Source: Stylophora pistillata
Taxonomy: Eukaryota
DNA length: 64,000 bases
Reading direction: 5' to 3'
NCBI RefSeq assembly: GCF_002571385.2
Contig: NW_019217810.1
Location: forward strand, 828,232 to 892,231
The notes beneath the pieces are model-generated. The model saw nothing but the letters and a program-made list of their open reading frames with translations, was not told where the DNA came from and ran no database searches. Positions 51,124 to 64,000 of this stretch are shown one piece after another. A program made the position numbers and the translations under genes. Position 1 is the stretch's first letter; every line of letters begins with the position of its first letter.

Positions 51124-54100
51124 TTGCTGTCACGCGAAATCCCTTTGACAATTTTTTTTTTCAGCAATGAAGTTAAAGTAAAAAGGTTGATTCGTACGCA
51201 ATTGATCTTTCCTTTTGCCTAAATTAAGCACTGTGTTACGCAAATAGCTCAACAAAATAGCGCGTAATAACTCAAGGGGGCGAAAATGGCCCGAAATTAC
51301 CATGATAATTTTTTCCTAAAAATGCAAAACAGGGCAGTGGTGAATGTTAATTTGTTCATCCACTGCGACACAAATTTGACAAAAAAGGAAAACCATGGGC
51401 TTCACCGATGTGCAATAATAGATTTCAATTCGCCAATCAATGGAAATGTAGCGAACAGGCCATCCAAATTTAAAACATACGGATTATGCTTCTAAAAAAT
51501 CTAAAGAAGAGATAAATAAAACGTTGACAATCGCATAACGAAATCCATTTTGGGTCGTCACAAAAGTTCCCTATATCCGCGCGCGATCCGGCCAAACAAA
51601 ATAAAAAGACGCTGTGTAATTTAAAGTTTCTTCATTGATGCATCAATGCACCATGTACCAAAGTAATTTTCAAATTCGCGGAAACAATTGGACAATTTAG
51701 TAAGGTTTCCGACAAAACAACTCAAGATTTCAAAACACTGAAAACTACAATGTATTCATTTGTGCGACGTAAGACTAAAATATTTAATTTTATTGTCGGC
51801 CTTTTTAAATCCATTAAAATTCGCCCTCTTTTGTTTACAGAAACAAAAGAAATAATTCGCCGTTTAAAGAAAAATGTGGATTTGCCTTAATATGATCTAA
51901 ATATTTATACGTTCAATTAAACGCTGGAGATAAAAATGCCCCAACAGGAGCTGTTGTCAGACAAAACTTTTGATTTCTTCACCAGTTAGTGTTTATGACA
52001 AGTAAACATTTGAAGACCCCGACTTTGGTAAACAAGGTTGATTAATTTCCCGAAGCCATAAAGATCGTAACAACATGTGAGGCCTCAGGAGGAGACCCAC
52101 TCAAAACGTGTTATTACTTTTACAGTCGTTAGAGGAAATTTTTTGAAACAAAAAAAAAAACTGATGAAAAAAAATGATCTTTTGTCACCTTTTAAGAGGC
52201 AAATATTTTTGGGATCTCCATTACAAAATATTTTTACCTGGCACAATCGATCTAAAAGCAATCACGAAAAACTCATTTTGATAAAGTAAAAGATATGATG
52301 AAACGATTAAAATCTGCGGCATTTGCAACTGCATTTTTCGTGCAGAGGATCTTTTCCCGTCCAAATTGTTTAATAGGTCTGTGAGACACATTTTTATTCC
52401 TTCTTGGGAACAAACAAAATAACTGGTATTCCTGTTTTTGCACATGCTTTATACTCTGGCAGTATGGAAGTGCTAAGTTAGAATTTCTTTTCTAAATGAT
52501 GAGTCTTTACATACAGATATCCCATGCTTTCAATCTAGGGAACCGTGCTGGGCACAGTGTAAACTGTGAGGGTTTGTTTGCGAATAGAAAACGCAACGTT
52601 TTGACAATGATAAACGACAAAATAGAATCTCGGTATGCCCGCAGCTTTAAGCCAGTATCAATGGACTAACAGAAAGACCAGCCAAGTTAATTTATATATC
52701 ACAAGCACGGTCTTCCTCAGATGCATTTAGCACCAAATCGTACATCTTATAGTCCCATATAACCATATACATCTGTCATGGATAGATATACAATGAACTG
52801 AAAACAACGCGCGCTGTGATTGGTGGTTACCCATAATCTTTCAGAGGTCAGACGCATAGATGACGTCAATGAAATTTGTTTACTTTGCTTTTCCTGCAAG
52901 GCAAACGGTTTTACAATATTTTCGAGATTTTTTGGATAAACTCGGTAAGCGCAGTGGCTTCGAAAAATACGAATAACCACAGTTTGTTCAGGAGCATAAG
53001 GCGCCAAGTTCCTTGCAATACCTAAACAGGAACATTTCATGCGAACGGTCAGGCGTTAAAAGGCAATTTGTAATTTTCTTTTTTTTTTTCATGTTACCTT
53101 CCTGTTCATCATATATTTTAGATGTAGACTTCATAATTCCGTGTGTCTGTATCGTTCAATTAGAGATCATTCCTGACGCCAAAATGTGGTAGGAACGTAT
53201 GTGATCCTAAAAAACTCCCCTGCGGGGCGTTTGTCCCTTTTCTTTTGTTCTTACTCATTTTGACGTAATCTGTGACCTATAACTGAAAAGATGCCCCGCA
53301 AAATGAAATCTGTTTGTTGCTAAATAAACCATTCGAATGCACTTTGTATTTATTAAGAATCGTTGGGCCAGCAATACGCAGCAAGAAACGCAAGAATGGA
53401 ACTGAGTCTAAAATCGAAAAAGGAACGGCGTGAGACAGAATCAAAGACGAAGTCCCAGTGAATCGGAGCTAGCGGAACGAAAATCTAAAAGTGTATGCCC
53501 AAATCAAGTATCGTCGATAAAAATCAATAGGAAATAATCTAACTGTTTTAGTACAAATCTACTCGTCGTTTAAAACTCAACGACAAGACATACTCATGCT
53601 TTTTCTTTGTTTTGTTTACAATTGAGCACTTTCAGGCGACTTAGTTTCTTCACTCTCTGTCACGGGATGGATAGCAAGTGGTGTTGTCGAGTGCCATTGT
53701 AACACGCATTGAATATCAAAATACTAAAAGTGCCCAGTGAACCCTCAGCTCGGCTAGCGGCTATCATCACTGAGTGACGAATGACCCCTTCATCGGAAGT
53801 AAATACCATGTTGTGTCAATGAAATAGGAAATTTATCGAGTCATTTGCACAGACATTTTTTGACGAAAAGCTTGAAATCAAAGCTTTAAAGGCGCGGATT
53901 AAGTGAATGTACGATGGAGAGTACGTGCTTTTTGTAAAAAGCTCTTTCCTGGACAGAAGTGGGTGCAAGGTGTTTGTACGATGGCATGTGATTCACCCAG
54001 GAATTGTTAAAGCTCAGGCATCTAAGCAAGTTTATCTCACTAGGAATCGAAACACTAATAATCTGATGAACTCCCACCAAGGCATGAAACTTGATGCCTA

Positions 54101-54808
54101 AATCAATGCATAACAATTTTGTTAAAGATGCGAATTGCCGCATCGGAATTGTATTGTTGAAGAAAAATTTACCGCCTTTCTACAAATCACATTTCTTTTT
54201 GCTTTAATTTTTGGAATTTACTCTACTTTCCTTCATTCAATTTTTCCCTTGTTTTGTTATTCCACAATGCAACCTGTCTTCAGGGTACGTTCTAACTCTC
54301 CCCTTCCCAGTTTTCTTCCCACATCTTATGGCCATATCTTATCTAAGGGTCTCAATGGGGTTACCGGTTAACCGATAGCCGTAAAACGGCCAAAAAATTA
54401 GTCATTAGGGGTAAAGATTGGCAAATTTTAACCGTAAGTCGTTAAAAAAGTTAACCGTAAAAAAAAAAAAAATTCTGGTGAAAACAAAGAAACAACGTTA
54501 ACCTCTAGCCGTAAATTAGCAACAATTTTAACCGTTAGCCGTGGCCTATCTCGCCACCTCTCAAATCCGGGGTATTGCATGCATCCCAGAGTTCTCGGCG
54601 GTCAAGCATGAAAAGGAGGCCTTCTCTTTTCCACGCGGTCGAGGCCGTCATCGTTGTAAAGCGAGGCTCTCCTTGAAACTTTGGCGCTATTATTTTTAAC
54701 CCCTTTCCTGTCTCGTTTTCAAGCGTAAACACGAGAAACTATTTCATTGATAACAGTGACCGTCTGTTACGCTCAGAACTCACCAGAGTTGGCCGATTTT
54801 GGTGCAAT

Positions 54809-57800
54809 ATGGCGGCGGATTCCGCCCAAGTTTTGTCGAGTGGGTCAATTCAACAACAAATCATGGCTTCTGAACAAGTTTCTGCGGCCGAAGTTCTCCA
54901 AAACGCCATGTCAACAAACATTCCGACAACAATTCAAACTATTCCCCAACAAGCTGGCGTAATCACCACGATCTCTGCATCTGCTTTACCCGAGACGATG
55001 ACAACTTCAGAAACAATGATAGCGACCCAGAGCATTTCTATTGATACTGAGGGAGCTTCAGCCACGTTGAGCGGACATGAATTACCAGAGAGTATACCTC
55101 AAGTCCAACAACACGAGTCCGTGGTTGTAAGCGTGACTGGCACTCAAGATAGTTTGGTCATTTCTTCTGAAAATGTGGCGATTGCTGCAAGTGCTTCACT
55201 AGACGCTTCTCAACATGCGGAAATAGCGAATTTATCGAGTGCTGTTCAAGCGAATTACCCGTGGGCTGCGCGACTTCACGACTGTGAGCTTATAGGGGAT
55301 TCCTATAGGGGATATGTAACCACTGAAGTGGAATTGGACTTGATCCTCACACTGCACAAACAGCACACCAACAGTTGTTGGGGAACCAGACAATCCCCCT
55401 CCTCAGCTAAACCGTCCATTCGTCTTATGTGGAAATCCCAGTATGTTCCCTACGATGGAATACCATTTCTGAATACAGGTATTTTGTACAAGTTATAAAT
55501 CCACCCTTGTTTTGGAGTCCCTGAAATAATATTAAACAACTACATCACAGGAAATGAACAATTACAATAACTTAATTAAGTTGGCAAAAACTTTTCATCA
55601 AATTCAATGGCTGTATCCATTGATGTAATGGGATTGGGTAGTTTTATGGGGGTGACTCTAGTAACTCTAGCCACACTCTAGAGCCTTATTTACAGTTCTG
55701 ATTACCTCTATCCTAAAGATCTTGGAATTTGTTTGTGTTGGTTCTTTATAGAAGAGGTATTGATTGGGACCATATGTTGTCTTTCAATGAAAGGGTAGCC
55801 TTGGCAGTTTTACATTGTTTCTGACAGTTAGTCTTCAAATAGCACTCTTTCTCATCAGATGGTATTACAAATTATCCTTTCTGTCTGCTGTAGGTTCCAA
55901 GAATCTGTTGTTAAATCAAGCAGAGTTCTCTAACTGTTTTTTTGTCCTATCACCTTTCTCTTTTACAAGTTATTGTAGTGTAATGAGATCCGGACAAAAA
56001 TGATTTAAAATATTGTTGCATTTCAACAGACACAAAACTACTGAACTTTGTGTAAGTTCTGTTTAATGATCTCTTGTAGCTCTCAGATATGAAAGAAGGT
56101 GAGGACTTTGAAGTAAGGTCTAAAAGCAAGGGTTAGAGCACTAAAACAAACTTTAACCAACTTAAAAACTAGACCAGAATGCCCTTAAAGGAAAGAAAAA
56201 TCCTCTTGATTAATTGTAATTTAACCTCAGAAGTTAGCACTTTTAAGTATGATACATTTTTAAGGTCGCCGGGCAACAGTTATGGAGTGTCAATATGGTC
56301 CAAGAAGAAAAGGTGCTGTGAACAAGAAACAAGTTGATTATGATGAGTGTGGCCATCCAGTCAAAAGACATCGCCCTACTTGTCCTGCAAGGATTTATAT
56401 CAAGAAAGTGCGCAAATTTCCAGAGTTTAGGATAGATCCAAATCTGGAGGGAAAGAATGTTCGTCAGGCTCAGGAAAGAGCACTTACTTCATTACGGCTT
56501 GCAGGGGTACATGTTGGAGGAGAAGAGAGGTAACATAAACGTGGATATGAAAAGATTTTTTTGTATATGAAAAAAGTATTTTGTACTAAGGCCAGCAAGA
56601 ATAAGGAAACAGTGTAGTCTATGAAAGAGATATGGAAAATTAACCCGTGTAAAACTTTTAGGAAGAAACAGTATCAAAAAAGTCTCTTAAGATCTATAAA
56701 TTTTGTTCAGTTGAGACAAGACATGTCTTTTCTTTAAAGAATACTTGTATCAAATGAATTTCTGCTCTACTGGTCTGTTAATTTTCTGATTTATTAGTTC
56801 TTAAAATCAACTTCAGAATTTAATTTTTAAACTAAGTCTAATTCCTAGTTTCCTAGGGAACTTTGCAATACAAAGAAGACCCACCTTTGAAGTCTTTGTC
56901 TGGTTCTGGTGTTAATCTTGCAGGTACTATGTGCAGCTCCCTCTTCCATTAGCTCATGAATACCATGATGTGGATGATACTCCCATGGACCCTGATGAGG
57001 GTGACAGTCAAGGCCAACGTCTCAATGCCGAGGTCATGCACAAGATTCGTGAGCTTGTTGCTCGGGGTGTCAGTGGGATTTACACTGTTAAGCACTGCTT
57101 GAAGGAGTATGTGGAGAAAGAACTCTTTGTCAACTTAGAACCACCTCCCAGACATAACAAGTCATATTTCCCTACCATCATTGATATCCAGAATCATATT
57201 CACCAAGCACAGATGGCACTAACTACTGGAGCTCTTATGCCACTTCCCCCAGTAAGTGGAGTGATCAGTTCCTTTCAAGTACTTTTGAACTTTAGGTGCA
57301 ATTTCTCTTCGCGAAGACAGCAAGGTTTCTGTGATAGTCATAAAGACTTCTTTTAATGCTTAAACTTTTCACTCCCAAGATCTTATTAGTAAATCTCCTT
57401 ACTGTCTGTTATATAATACTTATGATGTAGGCTCTGAGAATTTGGTATCAGATCAAGGAATAATCTCCCTGGTTCATATTTTCTTTCTTCTCAGCACTTA
57501 TCTAGTTAGTTTAAAACAACTAACCAATTGAGCTAACGGCTTCCCGGTTAGCTCAATTGGTTAGAGCGCTGGACTGTTGTGCAGTAGGTCAGGGTTGATG
57601 GTTCGAGCCCCGGCTGCCGACCAACACACAAGGTCTTAAAATAACTGAGGAGAATGCACTACCTTTTAATATCAAGAAATGGATAGAGATTCTAGTCTTC
57701 TCGGATAAGGACGAATAAACCATAGGTCCCGTCTCCTGCATCTATTAATTAGTTAATTTGGTTAGGCAGGGGACGTTAAAGAACCCACTCACGAGATTAC

Positions 57801-60800
57801 TGTGATGTGGTCTGGCCTGTTTACTGGGAATTGGGGGGAGGGGGCATCTTCAAACAAGTTTCCTTCAGTTGTTTGTAAACTGCTGATGCAGTCCGGCCAA
57901 AGTCCTGCGAAAAGTGTTGTGATGCGCATTTGATCATATCCACATGTTAATTTGTGCAATATAAATATTTAATTATTATTATTGTTATTATTATTATTAT
58001 TATCTACCTGATATTGTAAGGAGAAATTCTGTCTTGGTCACTCATGGGAATTAAAGGGTTAAATAAGAGTCTTAATTTCCCACTCTTAACATATGGTGCT
58101 TAAAATATCCTGATAGATTTAAAATGTTGTTCCTTAGTCTTCTGGTGCATGACGGGGGGCTAAGATATCAAAAGTAAGCTTCATTACACATACTTAAACA
58201 CTGATTATCATATGGGATTATCAAATTTTTGTCCTATTTTTCATAGCTTACAAATCTTCCACCAAGCTCTCCACAACTTAAGGAGAAAACCCGTAAACGA
58301 AAGCATCCAACAGAAAAATTATCACAATCATCTCAGACAGCGGAGGCTTTGGCTAGCATGCAGCAACAGTATCAGTCAGCACGTCCGTCAGTGTTAAGTA
58401 ATCAAGAACAAGAACAGTTGATTCAGTCTGGCAGGGTAAATTTCCAAGGCAGTGAAACACAGCAATTGGAAATTATTCAGGGAGGTGAAGGAGAAACAAC
58501 AGAAGTAGACATTTCTTCTCAGCCTCAGATCCTTATCACCCAAGGCTCTGGGGCTGGTAGAGATGAAGGTAAGCTTTCTAATGTCAATGAAATCACTTTG
58601 TGTGAAGATAAGTCATTATTGAAGTTTTATAAAGATAGAGGTAATCCCAAGAGCCACCAGCTAACAGGGCTCCACGTAGTGATCAAGCTGGCTGCTATGA
58701 CACTTAGTAAATAATTTTGGAGTCTAAATTTGCAAATTTTCCAGTAAGTTCCCACTTCAGTGAACTGTAAACTTGAAAAAAAATGTCTGTCTTAAATTTC
58801 ATTTGTTCTTTTTTTTCTTGGTTCTTCTTGAGACTAAAACTTCCTTTCTACTGACTATTTTATGATTTCAAGTTGCCAAACAAATATGAAAAATTGAGTT
58901 TGAGCCCTGTTATTATTGATTCTTTTTTACAATAATCTTTGTTTAAAACAAGCAAACAGGTAATTACAATTGAGAAAATTACCGACAAGGACATGTTGTC
59001 TTAATTTAACACCCAACTGACTAAGTAATATATGGTCCTCAGACAGCTTTTTGAAAGGATTATTACATATTACCAGTGTCTTCCTTCTAAGACAAGGGTG
59101 TCTGTTAAGTTTTTCACAATTTTTATACCTTCTTTTTGCAATGATTTTCACACAGGTCAAGTTGTGATAGTTGTGAATGCAAGCAGTTTCTTCTCTGGTC
59201 AATCAGATTCCGAGACACCAACAACACTCTCCTTAACCATACCAGCATCACAGGTGGCAAGCTTGAGCCATGCGTCACTACATTCTGCTGCTGGTTCACA
59301 AGCAGTAGCATTCATTCCACAAGCCAACACAACAGCCCAGACACCAGGGTCAGGAGCAACCCCCCAAACCGTTGCATTCATCCCACAAGCCCTAGACAGC
59401 AGTCGTGGTGCTGTGGCTTTCCTAACTTCTCAACAAACAGACAGTATCAATCCAGTTCCAGTATCTGCAGCTTACCTTGCAGCGCATGGACAGCCAGGTA
59501 ACATTTTGAGCATGCTGGACTCTGCACTCCAAGCATCTGCGGGAGGTACTGCCCCTGTGATCAGAGTTGGTACAAACCTAGGAGTCCAGATAGCAGACAG
59601 CAGTCAGGCGCACGATTCTGGTAATTCTCGATGGAACTGATTTTTATTTGTCTCAGGCTGGTAACAAGTGTTGAGCTTGTTTCGTTTGTCTCCATCACTT
59701 TTCGACCTTCAGCCATGTTACCCTTAAAAATTTGCTAGTATAAGTATTCCTATAACTTTGCCGTGTGAAATTGGGTTTGACGCTGAGCAGGAAATACGCC
59801 TCCGCTTCCTTCCCCTCCCCCAGCTTCTCTCTCTTTTTCCCAAGGAAGAATGGAAACTGAACTCGAGAGGTTAGCAGCTGAAATCGAGCGTATGTAAAAA
59901 CAAATCACGAAAAACTTGAGCAATTTTCAGCATAATGTCGAAAGTAATCCTTGGCTGCATTGGTTTTACCTCACTTCGGTCTTTGATTCGTCCCAAATTC
60001 GCGCCATCCTTTCGGCCAATCATATCCTAAACCAATACCAATCGACACTCGAGAACTTGCGTTTTTCCGCGCTTTTACTTTGAGTTCTTATTGGCTCCTT
60101 TGGATATTTGACTTTGCTCTGATTGGCCGTTGGGATTACTTTGGTTTAGCCTCACTCAGATGAGATGCGCTCTCTTTTCTCATCCAATTAATCTCGTAAA
60201 GATCCGAGCCAGGATTCGACACGTTGATCTTAATGTTTTTACCGAGATCATTGTTCATAAAGTTGTTTTACAGTGGTGTTGTATTTGAATCATGCTAGAG
60301 CCTTATTGGAAATTTTCATTTTTTCTAGTTCCAGGGCAGGTGATGACGGCCCAAGCAGCTGTTGAAGCTGTTCTTAGTGCAACAACATCCAGGGAAGAAA
60401 CAAAACAAGCTCATTGTGATGAAGAGAATATCGAGGGTGAACCGCCAACCAAGCGTCAGGCTCTTGGAATGGACTTCACGTCACTGGTCAAGGAAGCCGT
60501 CTTTGATGGTCAACAGGTACTTTGTCTTAAAGGAGTTGTACGCTCCAGAAACCACCACGTATGATTTCCTATGCAAAAAGAGTGTTGACTTTGCGTTGTT
60601 CCCTTTGTAATGCAATTTCTAATTGACCATTTGATGCACTCGTAACAAAAATGTAAAATTTCCTGTAGGCTGACGGACAAGCAGAGAGCGAACGAACAAG
60701 CGATCAGTCACCAGTGGCTAACGCGCCAACGTCTACGCCCCAGCATGCAGCTGGAAACACCCACCTTGACAGTCTATCACAAACCAGTATGGGCGAGAAT

Positions 60801-61331
60801 TTTCTTTCCATGGAAACGCGACCAATAGACATGGTGGCCGAATCAGTTATCCAGTCACTACCGGGTGAACAGGAAGTTGTAAGGGATTTTAATGAAAACA
60901 ATGACTCTTTACTTGATAACCGAGAGGAGAAACTCGCCGTACAGAGTACCCAGTCTTATACAACTCCTGCGGAAATCATAGGAACGCCGCAACAAAACAA
61001 TGCGCAATTTGCTACCGATATTTCTGGAGTTTCTCAAACAGAGTCTGCCCCCTTAGAAACCTCCCAAGGTGTCTGTATTCCAATGGAAGCATCCTCTGAT
61101 GAAACTAAACTTACAGTTGTAGACGACAACAGGTTGATCACAGCAGGCGAAGGACAAGGTATCCAAGACTACACCATGCAAACTCCGTCTACAGAATCCA
61201 CCAGTAACAGTGAACATATGAACATGCCACTTGTGTTTAAAAGTGACCAACAATTGACCGAGAACTCAGCTACTGTTGCGTCTCACTCGAATGCTGTTCC
61301 CACCGTGAATAGCCCTGAAGTTTTTACCTAG
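54809..61331 (+). CDS. CARF: Calcium-responsive transcription factor (CaRF) homolog, 7 exons, ~966 aa
   Basis: Exons 54809-55478, 56265-56529, 56924-57251, 58247-58568, 59156-59620 (alternative in-frame acceptor 59207), 60329-60516 and 60669-61331 join in frame. CaRF domain motifs: [66 protein letters not shown]...AH.YH, KIRELV..G, YFPT..DI.NHIH. Exons after the domain are low-complexity and less certain. Confidence 0.88.
57360..58062. mobile_element. TTAA-flanked piggyBac-like MITE interrupted by the SINE; related copy at ~37425-37640
   Basis: Ends TTAAACTTTTCACTCCCA... and ...TGGGAATTAAAGGGTTAA form imperfect TIRs bounded by TTAA. Confidence 0.6.
57520..58003 (+). mobile_element. tRNA-headed SINE (Nin/Deu-domain-like core) with (ATT)n tail, nested in a TTAA-flanked MITE
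   Basis: A box CGGTTAGCTCAATTGGTTAGAGCG, B box GGTTCGAGCCCC, core GTCTTCTCGGATAAGGACGAATAAACCATAGGTCCCGTCT, and an (ATT)n tail at ~57972-58003. Confidence 0.85.
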
Positions 61332-64000
61332 TAAACTAAAAGGGAGAGATCTCGTGTTTCATACGTGAACATTTGTGTATATTTCGATATATGATCATAG
61401 ACATGACTTGTGTTCAACACAATGGTACACGGAATTGAAAGGTGCCTATTTTCGTCATTCTTGGTACATAGTTCTTAAAGAACAGAGTTGATAGAGATAA
61501 GAAGTTTAAGGTCAGCGGTATCCGCTTGCGCACTGCTGTGATCAAGACGCAGTTCATGTCTGAGTTTTAGGAATACGAAATTGATGTTTTATGTCAAATT
61601 GTCTATAACTGCAGATGATTTTTGATCTGGTAGCCTAATAAGAGTCGAACTTACTCAAAGATCGATTCTCTAATCGAACCAACACGGCTGAACAGGTGTC
61701 TGTTGTAAATGAAATACGAGTCAGCCGATCGAAACTTGCGTGTAGCTTTGTGCCAAACGTGGGAACCAACATTGTACCCAAGGGCGAGGTACGCGTTATA
61801 GGGCAGCAAACAATTATTTTCCTTCTGATTAATGAGAGCGCATTACCAAGCAATGAGAGTTATTCTTTCAAAGAAGATTTTTAGACGTTTCCGGAAAGTT
61901 AAGTTATTGAGGAGTGAAACACATGGGTTTGAATATACCATCGAAACAAAAGGAAATTTATAAGACCTGTAAGCAGGAAAATAAAGGTCATTTTTGGCTT
62001 CCACCATTCTGTTTGATGGTTGTACGCCGGGCAAAAAAAAAAAAAAAAAACAGGAAAAGGAATGATAGAGTGAAATTTTCACCCATTTTCGTAGCTTCCG
62101 ACCGCTAGTAATATGACAAACAACTTTCGATAGGTTGACTACGAGCACTCCCTGCTTTTCGGCGAAGTCAGTCGGGCGAGTGGAAAAAAAATCAGCGGAA
62201 AAACAATTGAGGTTAGCGCGCCGCGCGGAACTTTGGTAGTGAGGCGAAAGAAATCTGAAGTCCCTATTTTTCGTACGCCTCGATCCCAGGGTTCCGCGCG
62301 TCACGCTGATATCAATTTTTTTTCCTCACTGATTTTCTTTTTTCCACCCGCGCAAGTCATTTTCGCTTACGGGTCGGTTCCCCTACAGGTCAGTCCCGCC
62401 CACAAGTCGTTTTTCCTGCGAGGGTGTTCATCTCGCCGACAGGTCAGGTCTTCACTATTATTTCGTGCTCTTTTGAGTTAGAGATTCGCGATTTATCTTC
62501 CCATCATTATCTATCTATGCATGACCCCCTGGGTTCGCCCACGCTTTTCTTTAGGTTTAACCACGTGCACATGACAATCCCGTTGTAATACCTGACCCAA
62601 AAAACTCACCCTGTCCCAATACGATATTCAAATCCATACTAACATTTCCTACTATTTATGTTTTTACTAACACGAATCCTGAAGGACGCTTCCTAATTGT
62701 TTCGTCAATAACCATGTGAAAATATTCCATTTTGTAAAAGGCGTCGGATGGTAACCCCCGAAATATTATATTTCGAAGATATTGCTTTGAGTCTCCTTCT
62801 GATAACTGAATTTGATGCTATATGCAAAAGGTGAAACTGGAGGAGGGACAATTTACCATGTTGATACCATGCATAGTGTGTTAATTTACTTCCCGCTAGC
62901 TCCGACACTTCAAGTACTACTCTGAGGTTTGTTGACTATCACATGATCTCGCCCTTCTCACAAATGTGCAAGACCTGCTGAGAGACGAAATTGACTATAT
63001 GTGACCTAGAGACGAGGTTAGTAAACGTCACTAGACCAACAATATAGCAGACAGCCTCTTAAACAACTTTGGAATTGAAACAAATACCTAAAGTAACGTC
63101 ATGTTGGCCACGTAAAGCACCGAATGTCTGCACTGGACTAGGTTCTTGTTCCCAATAAAACTTAATTATAACATTTTGCCACTCCAATTGCTTTCTGTCT
63201 CTCTTTGTCTCTCCACTAACATTTCTTAAACCAAATTTAAGCCTTTAAGTCTTCTACAGATAACGTTATGCATCCAAGTGCACGTGCCCTTCTCTCGGAC
63301 ACATTTTTTCGAGCGATTATCAAGGAGTTCTGCCTCCTTTCTGAACGGTTGGGCAAGGTGACACATTCAATGAAATGACTTGAGAGCAACCTCATTTCCA
63401 GTTTCCTACCCTTCCTCTATCGTACATTTTGGAAGAAGGGATAGAAAGAACCTTGGGGACAAAAGTTGGTGTGCCTGCGCATCAGTTTCGCTTTAAGCTT
63501 TGAGACTGCACAACTCTTAGTTCACTATTTCCCGAGGCTGCCTTTTTCTGGCTCAATTAAAAGAAATAAAGATTGTTCTTTTAGTTTGATATTTATCGTA
63601 TGGCCACTTACACATCTAACATTTCCTTGTATTTCCTTTTTTAATTCATTCAACACTTATTTCCAATTATCAACCTCTCTTTTTTGCTCTTGAAGGGAAG
63701 AATTCACGGTTATGCGCATGAGTGAGTGATGACGCGGCTTCATTGTTTATTAGCCAATCAAAGAATAAAGGTAAAGACAGACCGGCAAGGATTTCCTATG
63801 TGGCTTTTGTGGTTGCGTCGCATTATCGCCTTCCTCACAAGGGTGTCGGTGATTTTCTCTTTTTGAAAGAGATGTTGTTTTTAGAGCCGTGACCTCATTG
63901 CGCTACAAATTGTTTCATGGCTTGGATACAGTAATCTGACGTTTTTCAAGTAGCTCTCAAGGGCAATAGAAGGCTGAACCGGTGGCATCCAGTTTGATAT

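Overview
Eukaryotic, intron-rich, AT-rich animal DNA. The gene set and repeat families look cnidarian, most likely a scleractinian coral (inference). Five spliced loci were reconstructed by hand from GT-AG boundaries. (1) A disabled cytosolic sulfotransferase (minus, 5326-7530) lies head-to-head with (2) an intact paralog (plus, 13044-16884). (3) A six-exon KamA/lysine 2,3-aminomutase-family radical SAM + PLP enzyme (plus, 29261-35993) has a mitochondrial-type presequence exon and one in-frame TGA; this is the most unusual item because the family is typical of microbes. (4) PDE3 (minus, 39527-50898) lies head-to-head with (5) CARF (plus, 54809-61331). The remainder is repeats. These include a 2-kb palindromic array of ~250-bp units each carrying a pseudo-tRNA, tRNA-headed SINEs with copy-specific fold-back heads, Penelope-like relics with decayed hammerhead motifs, CR1/L2 LINE ends, MITEs and an RPA-like relic. 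A 337-N gap is flanked by a probably artefactual duplication.
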